From positions 14,312 through 78,311 of the forward strand of contig PFBM01000021.1 in NCBI GenBank assembly GCA_002773285.1: a stretch of DNA of 64,000 nt, in the 5' to 3' direction. The DNA comes from Candidatus Kaiserbacteria bacterium CG10_big_fil_rev_8_21_14_0_10_59_10 (GTDB taxonomy: Bacteria > Patescibacteriota > Minisyncoccia > Phycocordibacterales > UBA2100). Below the pieces are notes generated by a model. The model did no database searches and had not been told where the DNA came from. It worked only from the letters and a program-made list of their open reading frames with translations. The translations under genes and the position numbers were made by a program. Shown here piece after piece: positions 26,036 through 35,883 of the stretch; the stretch's first letter is position 1, and each line of letters starts with the position of its first letter.

Positions 26036-27496
26036 ATGTCGTTGGAAGCGGAAATACGCGCGGAGAGGGAGAAAAAGCTCGCGCTGTTGCGCTCCGCGGG
26101 CATGGAGCCATACCCGGTATCGACCGAGCGCGACAGCACCATAGCGGAGCTGCTTGAGGAGTTTGACGCGTTGGAGCAGAGCGGCACGACCCGGACGATC
26201 GCGGGGCGCATCGCTTCCATACGCGGACAGGGCGGCATAACATTCGTCGACGTTATCGACGGCACGGCGCGAGTACAGCTCGTATTGAACAGGAAGGAGA
26301 TGGATGCCGCCCGTTTCGATCTGTTCCAAGAAGCAGTGGACCAGAGTGACTTCATTCAAGCCACGGGTGCCGCATTCAGGACCAAGCGCGGCGAGCGCTC
26401 GCTGAGTGTAATCAAGTGGAAGATGCTGGCCAAGTCGCTTCGTCCGGTGCCCGACGAGTGGTACGGCGTGAAGGACGAGGAGCTGCGGCTTCGCGAACGC
26501 TACCTCGACATACTGCTCAATGAGGACGTGCGAGCGATGTTCGAGCGCCGTGCGGCGTTTTGGCAGGTTATCCGCACGTTTTATCTTCAGCGCGGTTTTC
26601 TGGAGGTCGAGACGCCGGTCTTCGAGAATTCGCCGGGAGGCGCCGACGCGCGTCCCTTTATAACGCATCACAATGCACTCGACATGGATGTGTATTTGCG
26701 GATCTCTCTTGAGCTGTGGCACAAGCGGCTGCTTGTCGCCGGCTACCCCAAGGTGTTTGAAATAGGGCGCGTATTCCGAAACGAGGGTCAATCGCGCGAG
26801 CATCTGCAGGACTACACGATGCTCGAATCGTATGAAGCATACATGGACATGCAGCGCGGTATGCACATGGTGCAGGAGCTGTATCGAGCTATCGCCTCGG
26901 AAGTGTACGGTACGCACTCATTTTCGATGCGCGGGCATGCGGTCGACCTGGCCGGACAGTGGAATACCATTGATTATTCCAGTGCCATCCGCGACGCCTA
27001 CGGGATCGACCCGCTCGAGTGTACTGAGGCGGAGGCGATCTCGAGCGCACAGAGCGCCGGCGTCCTTGCGGAAAATACGGGCCGAAACAAGGCTCGAGCG
27101 ATAGACAACTTGTGGAAGCGGCTGCGCAAGGACATAGCCGGTCCCGCATTCCTCATCGGGACGCCGGTGTACCTCGAACCCTTGGCAAAGCGCAGTGCGA
27201 GCGATGAGCGGGTGGTCGAGCGCATGCAGGTTATCATCGCAGGGTCCGAGGTTGGAAAGGGGTTTAGCGAATTGAACGACCCGCTCGACCAGCGCGCGCG
27301 CTTCGAGGAGCAGCAAAAACTTCGAGAGGGAGGCGATGAGGAAGCGCAACGCCTGGACCTCGAGTACATACGCGCTATGGAATACGGAATGCCGCCGGCA
27401 TTCGGTTTCGGCGTCTCCGAGCGCCTGTTTGCTTTTTTTGAAGATACGCCTGCGCATGAATCCCAGCTCTTCCCGTTGCTTAAGCCGCGGCAGTAG
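26036..27496 (+). CDS. lysS: Lysyl-tRNA synthetase, class II
   Basis: N-terminal OB anticodon-binding domain (GRIASIRGQGGITFVDV..ARVQLV). Class II motifs (FRNEGQSREH; GGADARPF). Confidence 0.9.
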   Translation: MSLEAEIRAEREKKLALLRSAGMEPYPVSTERDSTIAELLEEFDALEQSGTTRTIAGRIASIRGQGGITFVDVIDGTARVQLVLNRKEMDAARFDLFQEAVDQSDFIQATGAAFRTKRGERSLSVIKWKMLAKSLRPVPDEWYGVKDEELRLRERYLDILLNEDVRAMFERRAAFWQVIRTFYLQRGFLEVETPVFENSPGGADARPFITHHNALDMDVYLRISLELWHKRLLVAGYPKVFEIGRVFRNEGQSREHLQDYTMLESYEAYMDMQRGMHMVQELYRAIASEVYGTHSFSMRGHAVDLAGQWNTIDYSSAIRDAYGIDPLECTEAEAISSAQSAGVLAENTGRNKARAIDNLWKRLRKDIAGPAFLIGTPVYLEPLAKRSASDERVVERMQVIIAGSEVGKGFSELNDPLDQRARFEEQQKLREGGDEEAQRLDLEYIRAMEYGMPPAFGFGVSERLFAFFEDTPAHESQLFPLLKPRQ

Positions 27497-27595
27497 TGCT
27501 ACGATGCGGCCACTCGCCTATGGGCGAGCGGTATCAACCGAGCCGAGCTTTTGCTCGGCCAAATAGAAAGGAGTGCCCCGGGTCTTTTTTTGGCA

Positions 27596-27630
27596 GGGCG
27601 CGCCGCTCCCGCGGCGCGCCCAATTCTTTT
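27596..27630 (+). terminator. Rho-independent terminator downstream of lysS (third of three hairpins in this spacer)
   Basis: GGGCGCGCCGC-TCCC-GCGGCGCGCCC followed by AATTCTTTT. An upstream hairpin GCCGAGC-TTTT-GCTCGGC and CCCCGGGTCTTTTTTT also lie in the spacer. Confidence 0.45.
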
Positions 27631-27647
27631 AGTAGTACACTACGTGT

Positions 27648-28094
27648 ATGGACATGCGCGAATTCGAGCGGCTTGTGGCTGAAGGGTACGAGCGGCTTCC
27701 CGAATGGGTGAGGGAGAACATACGCAATGTGGCGCTGCTAGTGGAGGATGAACCATCGGAGGAGGATAGGGAAGCGGAAGGCCTACAGCGCGAGGAGACG
27801 CTGCTCGGGCTCTACAAGGGGGTGCCGCTTTCCGAGCGTGGAAGCGACTACGGCGTCGGTGCGACGCTTCCCGACACCATCACGCTGTACCGACACCCTA
27901 TCCTCGAGCTGGCGCATGAATCCGTTGACGAGCGCGCATCCGAAGAGGATGTGAGGGAGAAGGTGAGAGAGATCGTCGCGGACACGGTATGGCACGAATT
28001 TGCCCACCATTTCGGCATGAATGAGCAAGAAGTGCGCCAGCGCGAGGGCGAGCGGGGTATCGGGGATTACCGTGCTCAAAATGGCCGAACATGA
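27648..28094 (+). CDS. Zincin-like metallopeptidase-family protein (HExxH)
   Basis: WHEFAHHFG HExxH-type motif near the C-terminus; acidic protein with the architecture of the small 'metallopeptidase family protein' common in bacteria. Confidence 0.55.
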   Translation: MDMREFERLVAEGYERLPEWVRENIRNVALLVEDEPSEEDREAEGLQREETLLGLYKGVPLSERGSDYGVGATLPDTITLYRHPILELAHESVDERASEEDVREKVREIVADTVWHEFAHHFGMNEQEVRQREGERGIGDYRAQNGRT

Positions 28095-28179
28095 CGCTCC
28101 GTTGCAGGGTGCAGCGCGGCGCTTCCTCACGTCGGCTGCAAGCCGCGCCCGGCCGTTTTTTTGGTGGTATAGTACGCGC

Positions 28180-29433
28180 ATGAAGCTGTCAGAGGTGCTG
28201 CGCGAGCGCGGGTATGTGTATCAACACTCCTCGGAAACTCTTGAGGAAATTACGGACGGCAAAAAGCGCACCGTGTACCTCGGCATAGACCCGTCCGCCG
28301 ATTCGCTCCACGTTGGGAACCTTGTGGTTCTTCTTGCACTCCGGCGTTTTCTGGAGGACGGGCATAGCGTTATTCTTCTCACCGGCGGCGGCACGGGCAT
28401 GATAGGCGATCCGGGCGGAAGAAGCGGCGAACGTGCGCTGCTTGACGAAGAAACGATAGCGCACAATAGCGCGCGTGTTCGTGCGCAAATGGAGAAAGTG
28501 TTCGGCACGGCCGATTTCAATAGCGTTAACAATGCGGATTGGCTGTATGACCTGAAGCTTCTGGACTTTCTGCGCGATGTGGGCAAGCATTTCACCGTCA
28601 ATGCGATGATTAAAAAGGAGATGGTACGCGAGCGGCTCGATGCCGAGTCGCCCATCTCGTTCACCGAGTTCTCGTACTCGCTGCTGCAGGGTTACGATTT
28701 CATGCATCTCAATGCGATGCATGGGTGCGATGTTCAGATAGGCGGCTCGGATCAGTGGGGCAATATTCTCGCCGGAGTGGAATACGTGCGCCGTGCAAGC
28801 GGCAGGACGGTATACGGTCTGACGGTTCCGCTTCTCATCAATAAGGCAACGGGAAGAAAGTTCGGCAAGAGTGAAGAGGGCGCGATATGGCTAGACTCCG
28901 CCAAGACGACGCCATTCATGCTGTACCAATTTTTTCTTAATACGGACGACGACGCCGTGGAAGAATACCTCTTGAAGCTTACGCTTCTTCCCAAAAGCGA
29001 GATAGATGAAATGATGCAAAAGCACGCTTCTGCGCCTGGTGAGAGACAGGCGCAGCGGCTCCTTGCGAACACCGTGACCGAGCTTGTCCATGGCGCGGAC
29101 GCTGCCCATTCGGCGGAAAAAATGTCGGAAACACTGTTCGGCAGATCTGATGCTGCCGCGCTCTCAAAGGATGAAGTTACGGCCTTGCTAGAGGGCGTTC
29201 CGTCGCTGCAAACACGGGTGGGGGAACCGCTCGCCGACGTGCTAGTCCAGGCGGCACTTGCCGCCTCCAAGCGCGAGGCGCGGCAGTTCATGGCCGACGG
29301 CGCCGTCGCGCTCAACGGTGCGAAGGTCACGGATCCGTCGCGGGTTCTTATGAAGGAGGACTTTCAAAATGCGCCCGTCGCCATCGTGCGGCGCGGGCGG
29401 CGGAATGCGGCCGTGCTCACGCTCGGTTCATAG
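28180..29433 (+). CDS. tyrS: Tyrosyl-tRNA synthetase, with S4-like C-terminal domain
   Basis: HIGH-class motifs: LGIDPSADSLHVGNLV; KFGKSEEG (KMSKS). Start at internal Met MKLSEVL. Confidence 0.9.
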   Translation: MKLSEVLRERGYVYQHSSETLEEITDGKKRTVYLGIDPSADSLHVGNLVVLLALRRFLEDGHSVILLTGGGTGMIGDPGGRSGERALLDEETIAHNSARVRAQMEKVFGTADFNSVNNADWLYDLKLLDFLRDVGKHFTVNAMIKKEMVRERLDAESPISFTEFSYSLLQGYDFMHLNAMHGCDVQIGGSDQWGNILAGVEYVRRASGRTVYGLTVPLLINKATGRKFGKSEEGAIWLDSAKTTPFMLYQFFLNTDDDAVEEYLLKLTLLPKSEIDEMMQKHASAPGERQAQRLLANTVTELVHGADAAHSAEKMSETLFGRSDAAALSKDEVTALLEGVPSLQTRVGEPLADVLVQAALAASKREARQFMADGAVALNGAKVTDPSRVLMKEDFQNAPVAIVRRGRRNAAVLTLGS

Positions 29434-29694
29434 ACCTTCTGCTATCTTGTAGTGCCATGAAATCAAAAGGAAGGGACCCGCGCGGCGAGTTCAGGACGGT
29501 GCATCCGCCGCGTGTCGCGCCGCGCATGGAAGGCGCGGTTAAGAATACGGGCATTAAGCCGAAGAAGAAAAGCAGGAAGGCGTAGGTAGGCCAGCTGGCC
29601 GGCAGCGTGTTACGGGCAACACTTCCGCATTTGCTGCGGTCGCGGGCCTCGGCGCGAGCTGCCAGTCGTAAGAAACCTGGTACAGTAGTGTGTT

Positions 29695-31710
29695 ATGCGC
29701 CAGAAATTCATGCTCCGGGCCCCATATGAGCCCGCGGGGGACCAGCCGCGCGCCATCGAGGCGCTTTTGAAGGGCCTTCACGCGGGAAAGCTGCATCAAA
29801 CGTTGCTCGGTGTCACAGGCAGCGGCAAGACGTTCACGGTAGCGAACACCATTGCGGCACATGGAAAGCCGACGCTCGTTATTGCGCACAACAAGACGCT
29901 TGCGGCGCAGCTCGCTGCGGAGTATCGAGAATTCTTTCCGGAGAATGCCGTACACTACTTCGTGTCGTACTATGATTTTTACCAGCCGGAGGCGTATGTT
30001 CCCGTCAGCGATACGTATATCGAGAAGGAAGCGCAGATCAACGAAGACATAGAGCGGCTGCGCCATGCAGCGACGCAAGCGCTCTTGACGCGACGAGACG
30101 TAATAGTCGTCGCATCCGTCTCGTGCATCTACGGGCTTGGAAGCCCTATTGAATACGAGAAAGTGAATCTTAAGCTGAGCGCAGGCGAGCCGATGACGCG
30201 CTCGGCGCTCGCAAAGCGATTGGTCGGTATGCACTTTGAGCGTACGACGGCGGATCTCTCGCCCGGCACGTTCCGCGCACTCGGTGCGACAGTTGAGATC
30301 ATGCCTGCCAATGAGCGCACTATCTATCGCGTGGATACGGCGGGAGGGGCCATCGCGCGGATCGAGGAACTGGACCCTGTTTCGCGCGTGATACGCGGCT
30401 CGCCAGAGGCCGTATTCGTCTTCCCTGCACGCCACTACGTCACACCTAAGGAAACTATCGATGCTGCGCTTGCGGACATCGAGGCGGAACTCGAGCTTCA
30501 GCTAAAACGTTTCGCGGACAGTGGGAAGATACTTGAGGCGGAGCGCCTGAAACGCCGTACGCGGCAAGACATCGCAATGATACGAGAATTCGGGTATTGC
30601 AACGGCATCGAGAATTACTCGCGGCACTTCGACAGGCGCAAGCCGGGCGAGCCGCCTCACACGCTGCTCACGTATTTCCCTCATGCGGATGACGGTACGC
30701 CGGAGTTCGTTACCGTTATTGACGAATCCCATGTGACCGTGCCGCAGATCGGGGCGATGTACGCGGGTGATCGCTCGCGGAAGGAGACGCTTATCGAGCA
30801 CGGTTTTCGCCTCCCCAGCGCGGTCGATAATCGCCCCCTTACGTTCGAGGAGTTTAACGAGCGGGTGGGGCAGGTCATATACACGTCCGCGACACCGGCG
30901 CCGTACGAGCTCGGCCTCTCGGGCACGCCCGTGCAGCAGATAATCCGTCCGACGGGGCTTGTCGACCCTGAAATAGACGTGCGGCCGATCATTGCGCGGG
31001 GCGCGTATGCGGGCCAGGTCAAGGATTTTATCGACGAGGCTGCGACGGTGACTGCGCGCGGCGCGCGCTCCCTCGTGACGGTGCTCACCAAGAAAATGGC
31101 CGAAGACCTCTCGCAGTTTCTCGTCGAGCGTGGCATACGCGCACGCTACATACACAGCGATATTAAGACCATTGAGCGTATAGAGATACTGACTGATTTT
31201 CGAAAGGGCGAATTCGACGTTCTGGTTGGCGTGAACCTGCTTCGTGAGGGGCTCGATCTGCCGGAAGTTGAATTGGTGGGGATACTGGATGCGGATAAAG
31301 AAGGATTCCTGCGCTCTGAGACATCGCTCATACAAACGATCGGTCGCGCAGCCCGCAATGTACGTGGGCGTGTCATTCTCTATGCTGAGAACGTGACTGG
31401 ATCCATGGAACGAGCTATTGGGGAAACGAACAGGCGCCGCGCGCTTCAAAGAGCGTACAATGAGAAGCATGGCATTACGCCAAAAACGGTCGAGAAGCGC
31501 ATACGGAACATCATGGGAGACATTACGCGCGTGCGCGAGCGAGCGATACGGCGGCTTGCCGAGGACGACGTTGCCGCCTTCGGCGGGGATGTGAAAAAGG
31601 CCGTGGCGGAGAAGCGGCGCCAGATGCACGAGGCCGCAGACCGGCTTGATTTCGAGACGGCGGCCCTGCTGCGCGATGAGATACGGCAGCTTGAGTCCGC
31701 CAAAAAGTAG
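29695..31710 (+). CDS. uvrB: Excinuclease ABC subunit B
   Basis: YEPAGDQPRAIEAL...LLGVTGSGKTF; helicase motifs; C-terminal UVR domain FETAALLRDEIRQLE. Confidence 0.9.
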   Translation: MRQKFMLRAPYEPAGDQPRAIEALLKGLHAGKLHQTLLGVTGSGKTFTVANTIAAHGKPTLVIAHNKTLAAQLAAEYREFFPENAVHYFVSYYDFYQPEAYVPVSDTYIEKEAQINEDIERLRHAATQALLTRRDVIVVASVSCIYGLGSPIEYEKVNLKLSAGEPMTRSALAKRLVGMHFERTTADLSPGTFRALGATVEIMPANERTIYRVDTAGGAIARIEELDPVSRVIRGSPEAVFVFPARHYVTPKETIDAALADIEAELELQLKRFADSGKILEAERLKRRTRQDIAMIREFGYCNGIENYSRHFDRRKPGEPPHTLLTYFPHADDGTPEFVTVIDESHVTVPQIGAMYAGDRSRKETLIEHGFRLPSAVDNRPLTFEEFNERVGQVIYTSATPAPYELGLSGTPVQQIIRPTGLVDPEIDVRPIIARGAYAGQVKDFIDEAATVTARGARSLVTVLTKKMAEDLSQFLVERGIRARYIHSDIKTIERIEILTDFRKGEFDVLVGVNLLREGLDLPEVELVGILDADKEGFLRSETSLIQTIGRAARNVRGRVILYAENVTGSMERAIGETNRRRALQRAYNEKHGITPKTVEKRIRNIMGDITRVRERAIRRLAEDDVAAFGGDVKKAVAEKRRQMHEAADRLDFETAALLRDEIRQLESAKK

Positions 31711-31711
31711 T

Positions 31712-32656
31712 ATGCTCGACGTTCGTGAACAGGTTCCGCTTGCTCCGCTGACAACGTTCGGCATCGGCGGCCCCGCACGGTATTTTGTCGACGTCACGTC
31801 TGAGAAAGAGATAATGCAGGCGCTGCACTGGGCAACGCGCAAAAATGTCCGCGCGGTGCTCTTGGCGGGCGGGAGTAATGTCTTGGTACCGGATGAAGGG
31901 CTTGAGGCGCTCGTGATACGCATCGCACAGAGTGCGTACGATATCAGCGGGGCAACGCTTATCGCGGACGCGGGATGCAACTTGTGCGAGCTCATTGGAA
32001 AGACCGCGGCGGCGGGACTCGGCGGGTGGGAGAGACTCGCCGGCATACCCGGTACTATCGGCGGCGCTGTACGCGGGAATGCCGGTGCCTTCGGCACCGA
32101 AATGAGAGATATCGTGGTGTGGGTACGGGCCGTAGATATGGAGAGCGGAGAGGTGCGCGAATACACGAATGAGGAGTGCCACTTTTCGTATCGTATGAGC
32201 TATTTCAAACGAAATCCTGCATTGTTCGTTACCAAAGTGTGCGTGGCGCTGGAAGAAGTGCCTCCTGTTGAGGCACAACGGATAATAGAAGAGACCGTCG
32301 CAGAGAGAGAGCGTCGGCACATACAAGATGTGCGCGCAGCCGGTTCGTACTTCATGAATCCTGTAGCGCCGAAAGCGATACAGTCTCGTTTTGAAAAAGA
32401 GAAGGGCGTTGCTGCTCGCGGAGGGCGCGTGCCCGCCGGCTGGCTCATAGAAAAGGCGGGCCTAAAAGGAGCGCGCGTTGGCGGAGCGCAGGCAAGCGAG
32501 CAGCATCCAAACTATCTTGTCAACACGGGTACTGCGACAGCCGCGGACGTACGCGCTTTGGCGGAGCGTATACGCGAGGCGGTGCAGGACGCCTTTGGCG
32601 TCGAGCTGCAAGAGGAAGCCGTCGTGCTCGGGAGGGATGGGCGCACCGTCCGCTAG
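31712..32656 (+). CDS. murB: UDP-N-acetylenolpyruvoylglucosamine reductase
   Basis: LAPLTTFGIGGPARYFVDV...LLAGGSNVLV FAD-binding start. ATG 2 nt after the uvrB stop. Confidence 0.85.
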   Translation: MLDVREQVPLAPLTTFGIGGPARYFVDVTSEKEIMQALHWATRKNVRAVLLAGGSNVLVPDEGLEALVIRIAQSAYDISGATLIADAGCNLCELIGKTAAAGLGGWERLAGIPGTIGGAVRGNAGAFGTEMRDIVVWVRAVDMESGEVREYTNEECHFSYRMSYFKRNPALFVTKVCVALEEVPPVEAQRIIEETVAERERRHIQDVRAAGSYFMNPVAPKAIQSRFEKEKGVAARGGRVPAGWLIEKAGLKGARVGGAQASEQHPNYLVNTGTATAADVRALAERIREAVQDAFGVELQEEAVVLGRDGRTVR

Positions 32657-32886
32657 CCGGGTTTTTTGGTGTCGAATACCCACACTAATACGAGTATCCA
32701 GCCCACGACCGTCCAACCGATCATAAAGTTAGTGAAAAATATCGCGCGGGGATTAACATGCCGCAGAATATAGGCGAGGAACGTCGGAAAGAAGTAGACG
32801 TACAGAAAGCCGAGTATAACTACGAATTCGGTCATGCGATGATGGCCGAGTATACCCGACTTCATCCACTGGACAAAATTACGCAC
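32653..32886 (-). CDS. Superinfection-immunity-like small membrane protein (Imm_superinfect family). Likely start at an internal Met near 32835. Its 3' end overlaps the murB stop.
   Basis: VVILGFLYVYFFPTFLAYILRHVNPRAIFFTNFMIGWTVVGWILVLVWVF matches the YFLPTIIA..R.......F.LN...GWT.IGW..ALIWA pattern. Confidence 0.55.
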   Translation of the reverse strand: MRNFVQWMKSGILGHHRMTEFVVILGFLYVYFFPTFLAYILRHVNPRAIFFTNFMIGWTVVGWILVLVWVFDTKKPG

Positions 32887-32906
32887 TCGCGGGGTCGGAG
32901 CCGTCT

Positions 32907-33131
32907 TTACACGCTCTTCTTTGCCGCCTCACCCGTCGAGTGTCCCCGTCCCTCGCCGCGCGGCGTGTCTAGCGCCCAGATGAGTGACAGGAACCAGCCG
33001 ACCACGCTCCACGCGAGCAGCAGGTTGACGAAGAATACGCCCCCGGGATTCGCGTGGCGAAGATAGACGGCAAGGATGGTCGGAAAAAAGTATACATAGA
33101 CGACCGCGATCGCAATAAGGAGTTCTCTCAT
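32907..33131 (-). CDS. Superinfection-immunity-like small membrane protein, tandem paralog
   Basis: IAIAVVYVYFFPTILAVYLRHANPGGVFFVNLLLAWSVVGWFLSLIWAL is the same motif as the neighbouring gene. Confidence 0.55.
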   Translation of the reverse strand: MRELLIAIAVVYVYFFPTILAVYLRHANPGGVFFVNLLLAWSVVGWFLSLIWALDTPRGEGRGHSTGEAAKKSV

Positions 33132-33279
33132 AGGGTTCAGCGGCAGTCTTTACCGCGCAATGTGCTATAGTGCCCGTGCCTTGCCCTAGGGACAGCCCTC
33201 GGGGCACACTGGATTGTTATGCCAGTGTGCTTGTGCATGCATGAATGGCTGGTGAAGGCGCGGGCGGGCAAACAGAGCT

Positions 33280-35874
33280 ATGCAGGACAAAATAACCATA
33301 AAAGGCGCGCGTACGCACAACCTCAAAAACATTACGGTTGAGATGCCGCGCAACAAGATGATCGTATTCACCGGTCTGTCGGGCTCGGGTAAGTCGTCGC
33401 TCGCATTCGATACGATATTCGCCGAGGGACAGCGCAAGTATGTGGAGTCGCTGTCGGCCTATGCGCGTCAATTCTTGCGCCAGATGCAGAAACCGGACGT
33501 CGATGAGATATCTGGTCTTTCACCGGCAATATCGATCGATCAAAAAAGCCGCTCGAATAATCCTCGCTCGACAGTGGCAACTATCACGGAAGTATATGAT
33601 TACCTGCGCGTACTCTACGCGAGGATCGGGCACCCGCACTGTCCCGTTTGCAGCAGGGAAGTGAAGAAGTTGACCAATGAGGAGATACTGGACGCGGTAC
33701 TGAAAAGCGTAACAGCATCGTCGCGCACAGCTCGCGCAGGGCGTGCCCTCACTGCAGGCGTGTCAACCGCGACCATACGCATCGCGGCGCCTGTCGTCGT
33801 CGGCAGAAAGGGCGAATACTATCAACTGCTGTACGATCTTTTGAACAAAGGGTATGAGCGCGCGGTGATCGATGGCGCAGAAAAAAGCCTGCGCCAGCGC
33901 ATAGTGCTCGAGAAAAACAAGAAGCACGACATCGATATCGTCGTGGACGATATATTCGTAAGCGAGTTCGCCGACGATAAAAAAGCGGCTCTTGAGCGGG
34001 CGTCGGAAGCTATCGAACGCGCGCTGCACGAGGCGGACGGTTTGGTACGCATCACGGAGCCGAACGGGGAAGCCCGCATTATATCCGCCAAGTTCATGTG
34101 TCCGTACGACGGGTTCTCATTTCCAGAGGTGGAACCGCGTCTATTTTCCTTTAACTCCCCGTACGGTGCGTGCCCTGAGTGCAACGGGCTAGGGACAAAG
34201 CATCTTTTTGGCAACGAGGAGTGCGAAGCGTGCAAAGGTGCGCGCCTGCGGCCGGAGGCGCTGCACGTCATGCTCGAGAGCGGCGGAAAGGGCGCCGCGC
34301 GAAGAAATATCGTCGAGATAGCCGGGATGTCTATCGCTGAGGCAGCAGATTTCTTCTCAGGGCTGAAGCTGTCAAAAAGCGAACAGGAGATATCGCGCAC
34401 CGTTATCAAAGAGATTTCGAGCCGGCTGCAGTTTATGATAAATGTCGGTATCGAGTACCTGACGCTGGATCGGCGCGCCAATACGCTCTCCGGAGGAGAA
34501 GCGCAGCGCATACGGCTGGCATCGCAGCTTGGCAGCGGACTTGTTGGTGCGCTCTATGTGCTGGACGAACCCACAATAGGCCTCCATCAGCGCGATAATG
34601 ACCGACTTATCCGCACGCTGCAACACTTGCGGGAGCTCGGAAATACCGTGCTTGTGGTCGAACATGATGAGGACACCATTTATGCGGCGGACTATATTAT
34701 CGACCTTGGACCGGGAGCCGGCGTGCACGGCGGGGAGATAGTGGCCGCAGGGTACGTGGAGGATTTGATAGGGGCGAAGTCAAACCCTTCCGGCTCCCGC
34801 ACGCTCGCATATCTGCGCGGGGAGGATGAGATTGAGATACCGTCAAAGCGCCGGGACGAGAATCGAGGCACGTTAAAGGTGCGCGGCGCAACAAAGTTCA
34901 ATGTAAAGAAGGTCAATGCGGACATTCCTCTTGGGAAGTTCGTCGTTATTTCGGGCGTTTCCGGAAGCGGCAAATCGACCTTCTTGTACGAGATACTGCA
35001 CAGGAACCTGCGTGCGCGCTTTGATCCGCGCTACCGAACCGCTACGAAGTATAATGTTGATGATTTTAGCGGCACAGAGTACGTGGGGCGCGCGATACTG
35101 ATAGACCAGAGCCCTATCGGAAGAACGCCGCGCTCCAATCCGGCTACCTATACTGGTGCATTCACGCACATCAGGGATCTTTTTGCCATGACGGAAGAGG
35201 CGCGGACGCGTGGCTGGGGGCCGGGGCGCTTTTCATTCAACGTCAAAGGTGGGCGCTGTGAAGCATGCCAGGGGAACGGCTTGATCGCAGTTGAAATGCA
35301 CTTTCTTCCTACTGTGTATGTCACGTGCGATATCTGCCGAGGCAAGCGGTACATGAAAGAAACACTCGAGGTGAAATATAAAAAGAAGAGCATACACGAT
35401 GTGCTCTCCATGACAGTCGAGGAAGCGTTACTCTTTTTCGAGGACATACCTGCCGTATCCGATCGCCTGCGTACGCTCATGGACGTGGGGCTTGGGTATC
35501 TGGAGCTCGGGCAGAGTGCGACGACGCTCTCAGGCGGCGAGGCGCAGCGCGTCAAGATAGCGTCAGAGCTGTACCGGCCACATCTTACGAAAACGGTGTA
35601 TCTCTTGGACGAGCCGACGGTCGGCCTGCATTTCGACGACGTTAAGAAGCTTATCGAAATACTGCAGCGTTTGGTTGACCGCGGCAACACCGTCGTTGTC
35701 ATCGAGCACAACTTGGATGTTCTTAAGTCCGCGGATTACATTCTCGACATGGGGCCTGAAGGCGGCGCGGGAGGCGGAAAGATCGTCGCTCGGGGCACTC
35801 CTGAACAAGTCGCCGCAAGCGAGGGTTCGCACACTGCGCCGTACTTGAGACGTGCCTTAAAGCGCAAGCGCTAG
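33280..35874 (+). CDS. uvrA: Excinuclease ABC subunit A (864 aa)
   Basis: [12 protein letters not shown]...[37 protein letters not shown]; two ABC ATPase modules and zinc-finger Cys clusters. Confidence 0.9.
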   Translation: MQDKITIKGARTHNLKNITVEMPRNKMIVFTGLSGSGKSSLAFDTIFAEGQRKYVESLSAYARQFLRQMQKPDVDEISGLSPAISIDQKSRSNNPRSTVATITEVYDYLRVLYARIGHPHCPVCSREVKKLTNEEILDAVLKSVTASSRTARAGRALTAGVSTATIRIAAPVVVGRKGEYYQLLYDLLNKGYERAVIDGAEKSLRQRIVLEKNKKHDIDIVVDDIFVSEFADDKKAALERASEAIERALHEADGLVRITEPNGEARIISAKFMCPYDGFSFPEVEPRLFSFNSPYGACPECNGLGTKHLFGNEECEACKGARLRPEALHVMLESGGKGAARRNIVEIAGMSIAEAADFFSGLKLSKSEQEISRTVIKEISSRLQFMINVGIEYLTLDRRANTLSGGEAQRIRLASQLGSGLVGALYVLDEPTIGLHQRDNDRLIRTLQHLRELGNTVLVVEHDEDTIYAADYIIDLGPGAGVHGGEIVAAGYVEDLIGAKSNPSGSRTLAYLRGEDEIEIPSKRRDENRGTLKVRGATKFNVKKVNADIPLGKFVVISGVSGSGKSTFLYEILHRNLRARFDPRYRTATKYNVDDFSGTEYVGRAILIDQSPIGRTPRSNPATYTGAFTHIRDLFAMTEEARTRGWGPGRFSFNVKGGRCEACQGNGLIAVEMHFLPTVYVTCDICRGKRYMKETLEVKYKKKSIHDVLSMTVEEALLFFEDIPAVSDRLRTLMDVGLGYLELGQSATTLSGGEAQRVKIASELYRPHLTKTVYLLDEPTVGLHFDDVKKLIEILQRLVDRGNTVVVIEHNLDVLKSADYILDMGPEGGAGGGKIVARGTPEQVAASEGSHTAPYLRRALKRKR

Positions 35875-35883
35875 CGGCAGCAT

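Noticed and set aside
25581-26243. 220-aa minus-strand ORF spanning the gene-sparse region and the lysS start, plus the 67-aa ORF 25617..25820
   Set aside because: Arg/Pro/Ala-rich low-complexity translation that overlaps the lysS 5' end. The 67-aa plus ORF has no motif or SD. Both kept only as part of the non-coding-region finding.
30502-32166. 554-aa minus-strand ORF (and 29554..30435) opposite uvrB and murB
   Set aside because: Spans two well-supported plus-strand genes. Low-complexity Ala/Arg/Ser/Pro translation.
33822-34511. Minus-strand ORFs opposite uvrA
   Set aside because: Antisense to conserved ABC ATPase motifs. No features.
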